This document shows, piece by piece, positions 13,052-25,405 of a DNA stretch of 64,000 bases. Each line of letters starts with the position of its first letter. Within the stretch, counting starts at the first letter, position 1. This DNA is from Octopus vulgaris (lineage: Eukaryota), in contig OX597816.1 in NCBI GenBank assembly GCA_951406725.2, positions 15,190,001-15,254,000 of the forward strand. The letters are read 5' to 3'. Made by a program: the position numbers and the translations under genes. The notes beneath the pieces are model-generated. The model ran no database searches, was not told the DNA's origin, and saw nothing but the letters and a program-made list of their open reading frames with translations.

Positions 13052-13679
13052 TATTATATATTTATATTGTGAAATTTGATTTAATACTAAATTGAATTTT
13101 TCCCTGTAAGTTTGGAGTTGTACTCCCTAATATATATATATATATGTCAAGTACATCAACATCAAAATAAATATCAAATGGAAATTGTAGTTGTGATACC
13201 TGGGCCGGTGGCACATAAAAAGCACCATCCGAATGTGGCCAATACAGCGCCGCCTTGACTGGCTTCTGTGCTGGTGGCAAGTAAAAAGCACCCACTAGAC
13301 TCATGGAGTGGTTGGCATAGGAAGGGCATCCAGCTGTAGAAACCCTGCCAGATCAGACTGGAGCCTGGTGCGGCCTCCTGGCTTCCCAAACCCTGGTTGA
13401 ACCATCCAACCCGTGCTAGCATGGAAAACGGACATTAAACGATGATGATGATTAGGGAGTATAACTCCAAACTTACAGGGAAAAATTCAGTTTGGGGTAC
13501 GCAAGGGCATGCTCCCCGTAGAAAATTCAACTCCCAAAAAGCCTCATGACGGCAAAGGAGAATGGGCACCAACCAGCCCAACAGTTGGGGTGGGAGGCAC
13601 CTGCCTACCTTGGTTGCTATGGCATTGAGGTGGATCTGGCCACCCCCATTAACGGGGACAAAACCCAAATCAGGAGAAG

Positions 13680-14404
13680 ATTTGATTTGGTTTTTCTCAA
13701 ACGAGAAAAACTTCGACCAAGATCAAAAAGTTAACAAAAGAAAGGACAGATGGTTATGTGTAGACCCTTCTGAAGTTCCAAGAGTTATGCTTACAAAATT
13801 TCCTGCAACTGTCATACTTTTAGTGGTTGTCAATAATGAAGGACATGTAATGTCTCCTTACGTCTTTCCACAAGGCCTTAGAGTTAACTCAGCCGCCTAC
13901 ATTGAGGTCCTGGAAATAATTCTTAAGCCCTGGATAGAAAGTGTATGCAATGGAAGGCCATATGTGTTGCAGTAAGACTCTGCACTGTAAAACATGGCTC
14001 TAATAACACAGGAATGGATGGCTGAAAATTTTCATGATCACATAACCCTTAACATTTGGTCTCCTAATTCCCCAGATCTCAATCCATTGGACTATTACAA
14101 GTGGAGCATTGAGGAGAGAGAGGTCAATGAACATGCCCATAATACCAAAGATTCTTTGAAAGCTGCCACAGTCAGAGTAATGTCCAAAATGAACCAAGAC
14201 CACTTGATTTGAGCATGTAGAGGATTTAGATCTCATATAGAAGCAGTTGTTGAAGCTGAAGGTGGCTTTATTGAATAATGTTATAGAAAAGAAGGTTTAT
14301 TTTTATCCTCATAGCATTTTTTGAAAAATAAAGTTAATATCTCTTATTATATATCTGTTTTTTATAAACATAAATCTCTCCTCAAATATCTTACGCACCC
14401 TGTA
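13680..14404 (+). mobile_element. DD37D transposase 3' half (pseudogenised) with right TIR
   Basis: IWFFSNEKNF...YVLQ*DSA...WSPNSPDLNPLDYY, with 37 residues between the 2nd and 3rd D. Ends caccctg-TA. Confidence 0.9.
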
Positions 14405-14409
14405 TCTAT

Positions 14410-14472
14410 TGATATAGATATAGATAGATAAACAGACAGACAGAGAGAAAGATTAACAGATAGATAGATAGC

Positions 14473-14544
<72 letters not shown>

Positions 14545-14562
14545 CAGATAGATAGATAGATA
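14410..14562. repeat. (GATA)n microsatellite
   Basis: Direct inspection. Confidence 0.95.
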
Positions 14563-14971
14563 TGAGGATGGTCTGAAAGGTTTGTTGCCTGACCATGATG
14601 CTAGCTAACACTAGAGCTGTGAGTGCATGCATTCATTTCAAATCTCTTTATTTATAACTGAATTGTTTCTTTCCAGGAAACTGACATCTGACTTTTCAAA
14701 GAAGACTTCGAAAGTAACTAGTAGTGACTTCTCTTGAAAGTTCGATAAAATTACCACATGTTAACATGTATAAAAAACTCCTTTTTAATACAGTTCTATA
14801 TTTAGGAGATAAGGAATTATATACATTATTTACATTATTTTCATTTGACAGATATTTACCCTCATCTTGTTTGTTGTTAACACAACGTTTTGGCTGATAT
14901 ACCCTCCAGCCTTCATCAAGTATCTTGGGGAAATTTCGAACCTGGGTTCTCATTCCTAAGGTATTTTTCAA

Positions 14972-15018
<47 letters not shown>

Positions 15019-15410
15019 TCACTGCTTGGAATCGAACTTGGAATCTTGGGGTTAGTAGACCGTGCTCTTAAACACTATGCCATATGCGCATCGACATATG
15101 GCGTAGTTGTCAAAAATTAGGTTAAAAAAATATGGGAGTTTCTTATAAATTGATTGTATTATAATCCCTTACAAAACCTTTTTATCAAATTTTAAGCCCT
15201 GAATATTAAGGGGTTCCTTATACACATTAAAATATGGTACTTGGCATCGTGGTGTTAGCAAGTACCTGCAGGAAAAGGCTTTAGCCTCCAACGACATTCA
15301 TGTTGAAATGGTTGCTACATTAGGAGATGACTCTCCAGTTTTATCAGCAGCGCATAAGTGAGCAGCTGAATTTAGGATGGCAAGGGAGAATGTTAAAGAC
15401 AACCCAAAGC
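14563..15410 (+). mobile_element. Mariner 5' remnant interrupted by the tRNA-HHR element
   Basis: TIR-like gaggatggtctgaaaggttt. 15240-15405 translates to WHRGV..YLQ..DIHVEMVATLGDD...AAEFR (mariner HTH region). Confidence 0.6.
14790..15110 (-). mobile_element. tRNA-headed element with hammerhead (copy 1)
   Basis: Minus strand order: fold-back hairpin, tRNA-like head (15014-15090), (AAT)n, HHR gauac-UUGAUGAA-ggcugg(aggguaua)ucagcc-AAAACGUU-guguu at 14879-14924 with two core substitutions, then tail. Confidence 0.75.
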
Positions 15411-17167
15411 TAACCCGAACAAGACTTGAACTCCAGAATGTAATGAATCAGAATATATTTATTGCAAGGCAATTAATGTTTCTGCCGATCCGCCTCCGTC
15501 TGCTTATCATATGAAAGAATTATCATTTGAATAATTTAATAGGATTGTGTTTGATGGTGTTGCTACTATTTTATGGTCGATTGGATTAAATACTGAAGTG
15601 GATTAGCTATCAGCCGGTGAGTTAATTTCATCAACACTTGGTACTACATAGTTTGTTATGTTGTTGAATCACTAAGATGGCTGACGTGATGACAGACACT
15701 TGATCTATGAACTAAACCTGATAGAAATAGCAGCGAACTCCTCCTCAATTTATACCAGTGTACTGTGATAGAAAAGACAGAAGGACATTGGATCATATGG
15801 TCGTAGGAAGACGGTCATCATCATCGTTTAACGTCCGCTTTCCATGTTAGCATGGGTTGGACACGATTTGACTGAGGACTGGCGAACTAAATGGCTGTAC
15901 CAGGTTCCAATCTTGATCTGGCAGAGTTTCTACAACTGGATGCCCTTCCTAACACCAACCACTCCGAGAGTGTAGTGGGTGCTTTTATGTGCCACCGGCA
16001 GGGGGCCAGTCAAGCGGTACTGGCAATGACCTTGCTCGAATCTTTTACACATGCCACTGAGTGAGGTCGTCAAGATAAAAAAGAATTGATGGTTGTGGCT
16101 GGAATGTTTTAAATCGAAGCTCACCACCTTAACAACAACAATATTTTGGAAATTGATACATATTCTTTTCTACTCTAGGCACAAGGCCTGAAATTTTAGG
16201 GGAGGGAGCCAGTTGATTAAATCAACACCACTATGCAACTGGTACTTAATTTATCAACCCCGAAAGGATGAAAGGCAAAGTCAACCTTAATGGAATTTGA
16301 AGTCAGAACGTAGCGGCAGACGAAATACCTATTTCTTTACTACCCACAAGGGGCTAAACACAGAGGGGACAAACAAGGACAGACAGACGGATTAAGTCAA
16401 TTACATCGACCCCAGTGCATAACTGGTACTTATTTAATCGACCCCAAAAGGATGAAAGGCAAAGTCGAACTCGACGGAATTTGAACTCAAAACGTAACAG
16501 CAGACGAAATACTGCTAAGCATTTCGCCTGGCGTGCTTACGATTCTGCCAGCTTGCCATCTTAAAAATGACACATTTTACAAGTTGAAGAGAGAACCTCT
16601 ATGTGTTCATGCAGTCAGCTAGAAATAGCAGCCAAATCTCCCTCAAATCCCCGCCCTCTATCACAAGCTCCACCACTGTATTAACAAAATGAACTGGGTA
16701 GATGATGTCGTCATAGGCTGGCTTTCTGCAGATAGAAAGAAAAATGTTGGGCTGGATATTGCTGGATTGCCTTTGATTGCAGGTCTTGATTGCTTGATTG
16801 AGGTTGACCTGGGGCTAAAACAGCAACAGCAATATAATCAATGTAACTGACAAGATAAACATCACTGCAGCCACTGCTACCATCTCTACCACCACCACCA
16901 CCACCACCACCACCACCAACACTGCTACTACCAAAACCATCACCACTATGACTATGATGTCCACTACTACCATCATTCCCCGCCACCACTAGCACCACCA
17001 CCACCATCACAATCACAGTCACCACCAACGCCGTCAACAACAACAACAACAGCAACAGCAACCACAGCAGCAATAACTTATCTTGGGTCTTAACTTCATG
17101 CAGAGCACTTTCACTCGTCTGGAACACTAAAATATCTTTTGAAGGAACGAGAATATCAATGATTGAT

Positions 17168-17183
17168 CATATATGTATATATG

Positions 17184-17263
<80 letters not shown>

Positions 17264-17274
17264 CATATACATAC

Positions 17275-17305
<31 letters not shown>

Positions 17306-17660
17306 TACACATACATACACACACACACACAAACACATATATATATATATATATTATGTACATATGTGTAGATATGCATATGCATACATGTATGGGTGAA
17401 TATATACACACAAACACACATTTATAAGATATATATATGTGTGTGTATACATAAACATACACACATATACACATATATATATACATATTCATATAGATAT
17501 ATATATATGTTTGTGTGTGTATAAGCATATACATACACTCACACACATGCATATACATAATCCATATATATACATACATATAAATACACACACTCACATA
17601 TATAAATATATAAATATATATATATATATATATACATATATATACATCAGTGTGTATGTG
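17168..17660. repeat. (TA)/(CA)/(TACA) compound microsatellite field
   Basis: Similar fields at 18015-18590, 29095-29545, 34818-35590, 54725-55065, 55515-56092, 56625-57170, 61540-62150 and 62400-62760. Confidence 0.95.
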
Positions 17661-18031
17661 CATGGAGAGAGGGAGGTAGTAATTGGAAATACAAACCAAA
17701 TTCAGATCCATTTTATTAAATATCATTTCCAAGAGAAGTGGATTTGAACCCTGTAATATACTTAGACTACAGTTTCAAACAACAGGCGACAGTATAAAAA
17801 TAAGATTAGCGTGTCAGGGCGTCTGGCCCAGCTCTGTATTTATGTATTTATAGTTGGTTAACATCAGATAAGTCAGTCAGAAAGAGGAAGTGTTATGAAA
17901 TCAGTGAAAATCTATCATGTTTTTAAGTTCAATTCTCTGTTGGAGATATATTTCTCTCTCTTTTTCTTAGCTTTATCTCTGCGTCTGCCTCTCCTTCTCC
18001 TCTTCTCTCTGTGTACATATATATGTGTGTA

Positions 18032-18074
<43 letters not shown>

Positions 18075-18112
18075 ATGCATGCATTTATATGTGCAAGCAT
18101 TTTTATATGTAC

Positions 18113-18214
<102 letters not shown>

Positions 18215-18366
18215 ATATATATATATCTATACATAAAAATATATAATATATGTATATACATATATATATGTATATATGTGTGTGTGTTTATATGTGTATA
18301 GTATATATGCATACATACATACAGACACACAAAACATATATATTGATAGTTAGATATACATATGTA

Positions 18367-18449
<83 letters not shown>

Positions 18450-18541
18450 TTGTAAGCATATATGTATATACACACATACAAAACACATATATCTAAATAT
18501 AGATACATGTATATATATACAAAAATACTTATATATTAGGT

Positions 18542-18592
<51 letters not shown>

Positions 18593-19200
18593 ATTCTTTA
18601 AGGAACAAATCAGCTGGGTACCTAACTTCATTGCCACAGTTAGTTTGGTTGCTTTTAATGAAGTTGATATATTGATTTCCTTCGATAAGGCAAAAGGCCA
18701 ATTCCAGTATATAAAATGGGAAATGGCTGTCTGAATACATTCCAGTACAATAACTGGTACTTAACCCATCCTCCCCACCACCACCACCACCTTCACCACC
18801 CCTTTCATGGATTCCGATGCTATGTTGTCTCAGAGATAACGCTAAGTAATTAACTCTCATTTCTCTGCATTTGACAAGAAGAAACTAAAACATGAATTAA
18901 CTATAAAAAAGACAAGAAAGATAATCGTAAATCAAAAGACTTAACTGAGCCAATTCTTAGTACATTTATTGCTATATATATATATGTATATATATATATA
19001 TACATACTACGGAGGCATTAAGGTTGTGTGGTGGAGAAGTTCTTGCATTCATGAATAATCACATGGTTTTGTTTTGGAGTTGGTTTATTGCATGGTATCT
19101 TGGGTATTTGACACCTGCTATGGGCTGACCCATGGTTGGCAGTGATGTGAGAAATTATTAGACAGAAATTATGTGAAGCCAGTTATATATATATATATAT

Positions 19201-19388
19201 ATCGACTGCTAGCCACTATAGCTTTTTTTATATTCTCTCTCTGTTTATTTTCTCATGTTCCTTTCTGTTGAAGAGCATAGGCTCGAAACGTAAAAAACTT
19301 TCTCACCTTCCTGAGTGTTAAACTAATACACCTGTTTGTTGTTTACACACCTGTCTTCATCTTTTGTTTTCTTGTAAATTCAAACTAT
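19201..19388 (+). mobile_element. 190-bp hammerhead-like element in (TA)n (motif 19261-19296)
   Basis: cuuu-CUGUUGAA-gagc(auag)gcuc-GAAACGUA-aaaa. Confidence 0.65.
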
Positions 19389-20519
19389 ATATATATATTT
19401 ATATATAAACTCTGCTTGGGAAGACCTGTTGAGACAAGTGAAATTAAAATCAAAATCAAATTCGATGACTGGCATCCGTGCTAGTGGGGCGCTAAGAGCA
19501 CCATCCAAGCATGATCGTTGCCAGAGCGGCTAACTGGCTTCCGTGCCGGTGGCACGTAAAAGGCATTATTCGAGTGTGATCATTACCAGCGTCGCATTAC
19601 TGGCACATGAAAAAACATTCGAGTGGGGCCATTGCCAGTACCGCCTGATTGGCCCCTGTGCCGGTGGCATGTAAAAGCACCCACTACACTCTCGGAGTGG
19701 TTAGCATTAGGAAGGGCATCTAGCTGTAGAAACTCTGCCAGATCAAGACTGGAGCCTGGTGCAGCCATTTGGTTCGTCATGCCAACAGTCAAACCATCCA
19801 ACCCATGCTAGCATGGAAAGCAGACGTTAAACAATGACGATGATGATGATGATGATGATACAGTAATATAAAGTAATTGGTAATTGTTTTTGCATTGAAA
19901 ATGTACTTGGATATTAATATTAATTGTGACTTTAAAATTTTTGAAGAAATTTATTAAAATACCATACCGGTTTCAACTTTCCTTTATATTTTGTTTTTTT
20001 ACTGATAAATATAGAATAGGATAAAAGTTTTAAAAAAGTAAATGCACAGGAGAAAATTTCATAGCAATAAAACATGTTCAAAAAATCAAAAGTTCAGGAA
20101 AAATTCAAGTGTTCAATAAATTTAACAGCAATAGAAATTGAGAAAAGTTCAAAATGTTCAATAAATTTCATAACAATAATGCATGATTGAGAGTTCGATA
20201 GGTTTCAAAGCAATAAGTTATATTGACAATTAGATATGATAATTTTTTAAAAAAATAAGAAAAAGTTTTTTTACAAGTTCTCTCATGGTATCATCATCAT
20301 CATCAGTTAATGTCTGTCTTCGATACTGACAGTTTGACAGAAGCTGGCAAGCTGGAGAGCTGCACCAGACTCCAATATATGAAGGAGAAATGTTTGTCAT
20401 TTGTTTTACTGATGGAACCTTCAACTGTTGTAAGATGATATTGTTTTCTGTATCTATTTATTGTCTACACCACCTGTCTTCGTCTTTTGTTTTTTTGTGA
20501 ATTCTCCCTATATATATAT

Positions 20520-20655
20520 ACTAGCAGTATCGCCCGGCGTTGCTCAGGTTTGTAAGGGAAATAACTATAAAGCATTTTTAGAAAGTTATAGCCAAAAAAT
20601 AGCAAAAAAATCAGAAACACGCACAGACAAACTGCCGTTTATATATAGAGAGATA
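20520..20655 (-). mobile_element. Compact non-autonomous Helitron-like element
   Basis: Minus strand starts TCTCTCTATATATAAA and ends with a GC hairpin (cctgagcaacgccggg) followed by CTAG-T, matching Helitron terminal hallmarks. Confidence 0.7.
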
Positions 20656-20663
20656 TATATAAG

Positions 20664-21269
20664 CAATAATAAATCTCTGAGCTAGATATAAACAGTAGCA
20701 GCATGACTTCATGAAGTATATTTGCCACCTAAATGTAGGTGAACTATAAGGGACGATGCTATTGTAGTTTATAGCCCCAGGAAGACATCTCCTCCAGCTG
20801 GCTATTGACACACTGTCTGTACCCTATCAGTATTTGCAAAGGAAAAATCATCATTTCCATCTTCTGACATGATACACATGAACCCGAGTTTCTGGGTAAT
20901 AACCTGTCATCAGCATTTGACAACCACCGGCTGGGATGAGAAGTGATTCTCAATGCAAATACATATACTTTTTTCCAGTGATGAAAAATCACTGATCTCG
21001 AAAAAGGAGAAACGAACAATAATAAATCTCTGAGCAAGATATAAACAGTGGCAGCATGACATTGTGAAGTATATTTGCCACCTAAATGTGGCTGACCCAT
21101 ATGCGACAATGCTACTGGAGTTTATAGCTCCAGGAAGACATCTCCTCCAGCTGGCTATTGACACACTCTCTGTGCCCTCTCAGTATTTGCAAAGGAAAAA
21201 TCATTGTTCCTATCTCTAGCCTGACATGATACACATGGACCTGAGTTTCTGGGTAATAACCCGTCATCA
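20664..21269 (-). mobile_element. Diverged 353-bp tandem retrozyme-like repeat (1.7 units)
   Basis: Units start at 20664 and 21017 and are colinear with the 352-bp unit (tagccccagg...ctccagctggc...cagtatttgcaaagg). HHRs at 20875-20919 and 21232-21269; the second is truncated by (TA)n. Confidence 0.85.
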
Positions 21270-21671
21270 TATATATATTTAACTCTTATACTTGTTTCTG
21301 TCATTTGACTGTGGCCATGCTGGAGCACCACCCTCAGTTGAACAAATCGACCCTAGGACTTATTCTTTGTAAGCCTAGTACTTATTCTATCGGTTACCAA
21401 GTGATGGTGAGGGGACAAACACAGATACGCAAATACATGCATACATACATACAAACATACATACATACATACATATATATTATCATCATCATTGTTTTAA
21501 CGTCCGCTTTCATGCTGGCATAGGTTGGATGGTTTGACTGAGGACCGGCAAGCCGGGAGGCTGTGCCAAGCTCCAAACTGATCTGGCAAGGTGTCTTCAA
21601 CTGGATGCATTACCTAACGCCAATCATTCAGCAGGGTGTAGTGAGTGCTTTTTACATGCCACCAGCATAAA

Positions 21672-21862
21672 GTTCCCCCTCCTCGTAATTTTCCTGGAAG
21701 TACTTTCCCTTCTTTGGAATTTCGCAGGAAGTCCTCCCCCACTAAATCTCCTCCTCTGACTTTTCTTGGAAGTCCCTCCTCCCCTTCTTCCCCTCCTTGA
21801 AATTTTCCAGGAAGTCCCCCTCCTCGGACTTTTCCAGGAAGTCCTTCCCCTTCAACTCCCTG
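21672..21862. repeat. C-rich degenerate minisatellite with repeated TTCCAGGAAGT
   Basis: Motif variants at 21691, 21721, 21763, 21805 and 21832. Confidence 0.8.
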
Positions 21863-22093
21863 CAAAAGACATAAACTAAAGTACCAGTCACATACTAAGC
21901 ATAATATAAGTGACTGTTTCCTCTCCTCAAATTTGTGGTCTCATGTTTATAATAAATACATATTATCTTTTACCATATTTCATTTGTTAAACTGCAGTCA
22001 TATTTTAGGCCTTGATGGGTTTAGATAAACAACTTGACCCTAGATATCTTTTGACAAACCTCTAAGTTATGGGGATGTAAACAAACCAAAACT

Positions 22094-22273
22094 GTTCTAG
22101 ATTTAAGAGATGAGGAATTATGTACATTATTTACATTATTTACATTCGACGGATATGTAACCACTACGCCATATGCGCACGGGCATATGGCGTAGTGGTT
22201 AAGAGCGCGGGCTACTAACCCCATGATTCCGAGTTCGATTCCAGGCAGTGACCTGAACAACAACAACAACAAC

Positions 22274-22310
<37 letters not shown>

Positions 22311-22444
22311 GTAACATCGAAAAATACTTTAGGAATGAGGACCCAGGTTCGAAATTTCCCCAAGATACCTGATGAAGGCTGAAACATTGTGTTAACAACA
22401 AACAAGATGAGGACAAATATCTGTCAAATATAAATAATGTAAAT
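22094..22444 (+). mobile_element. tRNA-headed element with hammerhead remnant (copy 2), with TSD
   Basis: Flanked by aaaccaaaact (22083-22093 / 22445-22455). Inverted tail piece, 19-bp hairpin 22158-22201, A-box tggcgtagtgg, B-box gagttcgattcc, (CAA/TAA)n, then CTGATGAAggctGAAAC at 22369-22385. Confidence 0.8.
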
Positions 22445-24049
22445 AAACCAAAACTAATTATCAGTTGGTGGGGTAGGGACAGTCACAAGCACCAACACAC
22501 ACGCACGTTCGGGCTTTCAGTTAATTTCCATTAACCAGAGTGATTTTGAGGGAGATTTAGCAGCTATTTCAAGCAGATAATTTGTTTGCGTAAAGCAGTC
22601 ACAGGCAACCTGTGACACGCGGGACCTTTTGAATGGCACGCCTAACGAAAAATTACTTCTAATTATTTAATAATACGGCGCGCCTGTTGCCAAACTGTGC
22701 CTCCTGACACTCGTTTCTTGGAAAATATTGCGGATGCTTGATGCAAAGGTTTCCTCGAATGGAGTATAAGGTTCCCTGTTGTAAGCATTAAATGACAAAT
22801 AGTCCATTAGGTTCTCGGAGCCAATGTATTACAATACAAAATGGAAATAAAAACGAGAATTTATTCCCAGCAAATTTAACTGGTTGTTAGGTATTATTTA
22901 TGATTCGATGGTGATCCTTCATTCTTTCTGCAGATAAAGAAAACAAACGCATTTAATTGCGATTAATTTCCCGTATTTGAGACTACAGCATAGATCATTT
23001 ACCTTCTCCATCGATATCTAACTTCATGTTAGATATCAGACAGAAAGAGAGATGGTACAGGGCATTGAGTTTGAAAGGATAATAACCAGTAAACAAGCTA
23101 TAATCTGAGAGGCAGACATTTAATCTCCCTGTCTACTCTAAGTCAATGTTTCTAGAGAGAACAAGGGAGAGTCTCTGTTGTACGACCTGCATAGAAACAG
23201 CTCCCAAATCTCCCTCAATTCGCACCCTAGGGTCGTAAAGAAGGTAGAATACGATGGATAGTGTATTCTTACAGATACAATAAGACAAAATAGTCACGAC
23301 TGGAATGTCTTTGACCATAGATATACTAAATATAGGTTGGTCCTAAAGATAAGTGACTAAACGTTTTCTGAGCAAAATGGTAACTAACGTCAGTTACCTC
23401 CCCTATATAACAATTCATTTGTTTGCTTTCAGCTTCCTTAATTTTAACAAAGCATTATATGTATGTATGAAGGCGGCGAGCTGGCAGAAACGTTAGCACG
23501 CCGGGTGAAATGTTTATAGGTATTTCGTCTGCCGTTACGTTCTGAGTTCAAATTCCGCCGAGGTCGATTAAATATGTACCTTTCGGGGTCGATTAAATAT
23601 GTACCAGTTACGCACTGGAGTCCATATAATCGACTTAATCCATTTGTCTGTTCTTGTTTGTCCTCTCTGTGTTTAGCCCCTTATGGGTAGTAAAGAAATA
23701 GGTATTTCGTCTGCTGTTACATTCTGAGTTCAAATTCCGTCGAGGTCGACTTTGCCTTTCATCCTTTCGGGGTCGATTAAGAAAGTACCAGTTACTTCTG
23801 AGTTCAAATTCCGCAAATTTCAGGCCTTGTACTTATAATAGAAAATATTGTGTGAGTGTGTGTATGTCTGTTTATGTATGTATGTGTGTATGTGTGTGTG
23901 TGTGCGTGTGTATGTATACAGGAAGATGGCAATTGGAGGTGGATGTGTGTGTATCTATATCAATATCTTTTGTTGTATCTGGGGAAGGTCATACTGCCTT
24001 ACACTCACCGGTTCAATTTCCACTCATTATTTGATACCTATCTGTTTGT

Positions 24050-24052
24050 TTG

Positions 24053-24099
<47 letters not shown>

Positions 24100-24104
24100 G
24101 TCTA

Positions 24105-24147
<43 letters not shown>

Positions 24148-24152
24148 GTCTA

Positions 24153-24218
<66 letters not shown>

Positions 24219-24250
24219 CATCCATCCATCCATCTATCTATCCATCTCTA
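24050..24250. repeat. (TCTA)n/(TCTG)n microsatellite
   Basis: Direct inspection. Confidence 0.95.
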
Positions 24251-25164
24251 TATATATATTTATATATACACACACACACAAACACACACATATATGATCA
24301 AAGATAGGCAAATTATGATTCAACAATGGAGATGCTGGTATCTGCTGCATGTTCGCAGATGACTAGCGTACAGTTTATGAGAGTGACAAGCGGGATCTTT
24401 GTAATCACAGATAAACATTGAGTAAAGAATGTAATGGGTGGAATTGGGTAGTTGAAGAAACAGTCTCTTTGATGAATTGTTTCTTTAGATTTTTCTTTAG
24501 ATTACAAGATAGTAGTTACAAGATACAGTAAGGAATATCTTTAAAAGATCTTTGTACCACTTTTGATTTGAACATCTAGTCTTGTTTGTTAGGTGAGTCA
24601 TTATTTCTCTTTGTAATGCCATCCTTTGCAGGTGAAATTGCTCCATTCCAGATATGTTTACTCAGCAGAATATTTTATCTTGAAGAGCATAATATAGATG
24701 TTAGACAGAACCGTGCCAGCATGGAAAATGGACATTAAATGATGATGATCATCATCATCACCATCTTTGCTAATTGGAATATTCCACTACAGGAATACTT
24801 TGGTGTAAAATTAAACAGCAAGAAGTCTCGTGTACATTGGCTTGAAGAACTCTTTTATTCTGTATGTATTTTGGATAAGGGTCTTTTATTATAGCCCTGG
24901 GTTAGCCAAAGCCTTGAAAAGGGTTTTGGTAGACTGAAACTGAAAAATTCCCACCACACACACATACATATCTATGTGTATGGGGTGTGTTCCAAAAAAT
25001 GTAAGATTTTTTTTTAGGAGAGGCAATTATAACAGTCCTAAATTATCGTAATTTTAGTCTATATATGTGGTTGTGTGTGAGTGTGTGTTTGAGTCGATAT
25101 GTGTGTATGTGTGAGAGTATACATACATACATACATACCATGTTACATGTTGTGTTTTTCAACA

Positions 25165-25405
25165 AGATACTTTATTTCACATTGCTCCAGTTCACTCAGC
25201 TGTAGAAATGAGTTGCAATGTCACAGGTGCCAAGCTGTATCAGCCTTTGCCTTTCTTTTGGATAACACTGGTGATGTGGAGAGGGGAGGCTGGTACGCAT
25301 GGGTGACCGCTGGCCTTCCACAAACAACCTTGCTCAGACTTGTGCCTGGGAGGGTAACTTTCTAGGTGCAATCCCATGGTCAGTCATGACCAAAGGGGGT
25401 CTCAG
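25165..25405 (+). mobile_element. SINE fragment of another family
   Basis: ttgctccagttcactcagctgtagaaatgag resembles a SINE central domain; GC-rich body. Confidence 0.45.

Noticed and set aside
22181-22255. Functional tRNA gene
   Set aside because: Acceptor and T stems pair poorly, and it is the head of a repeated element with a TSD.
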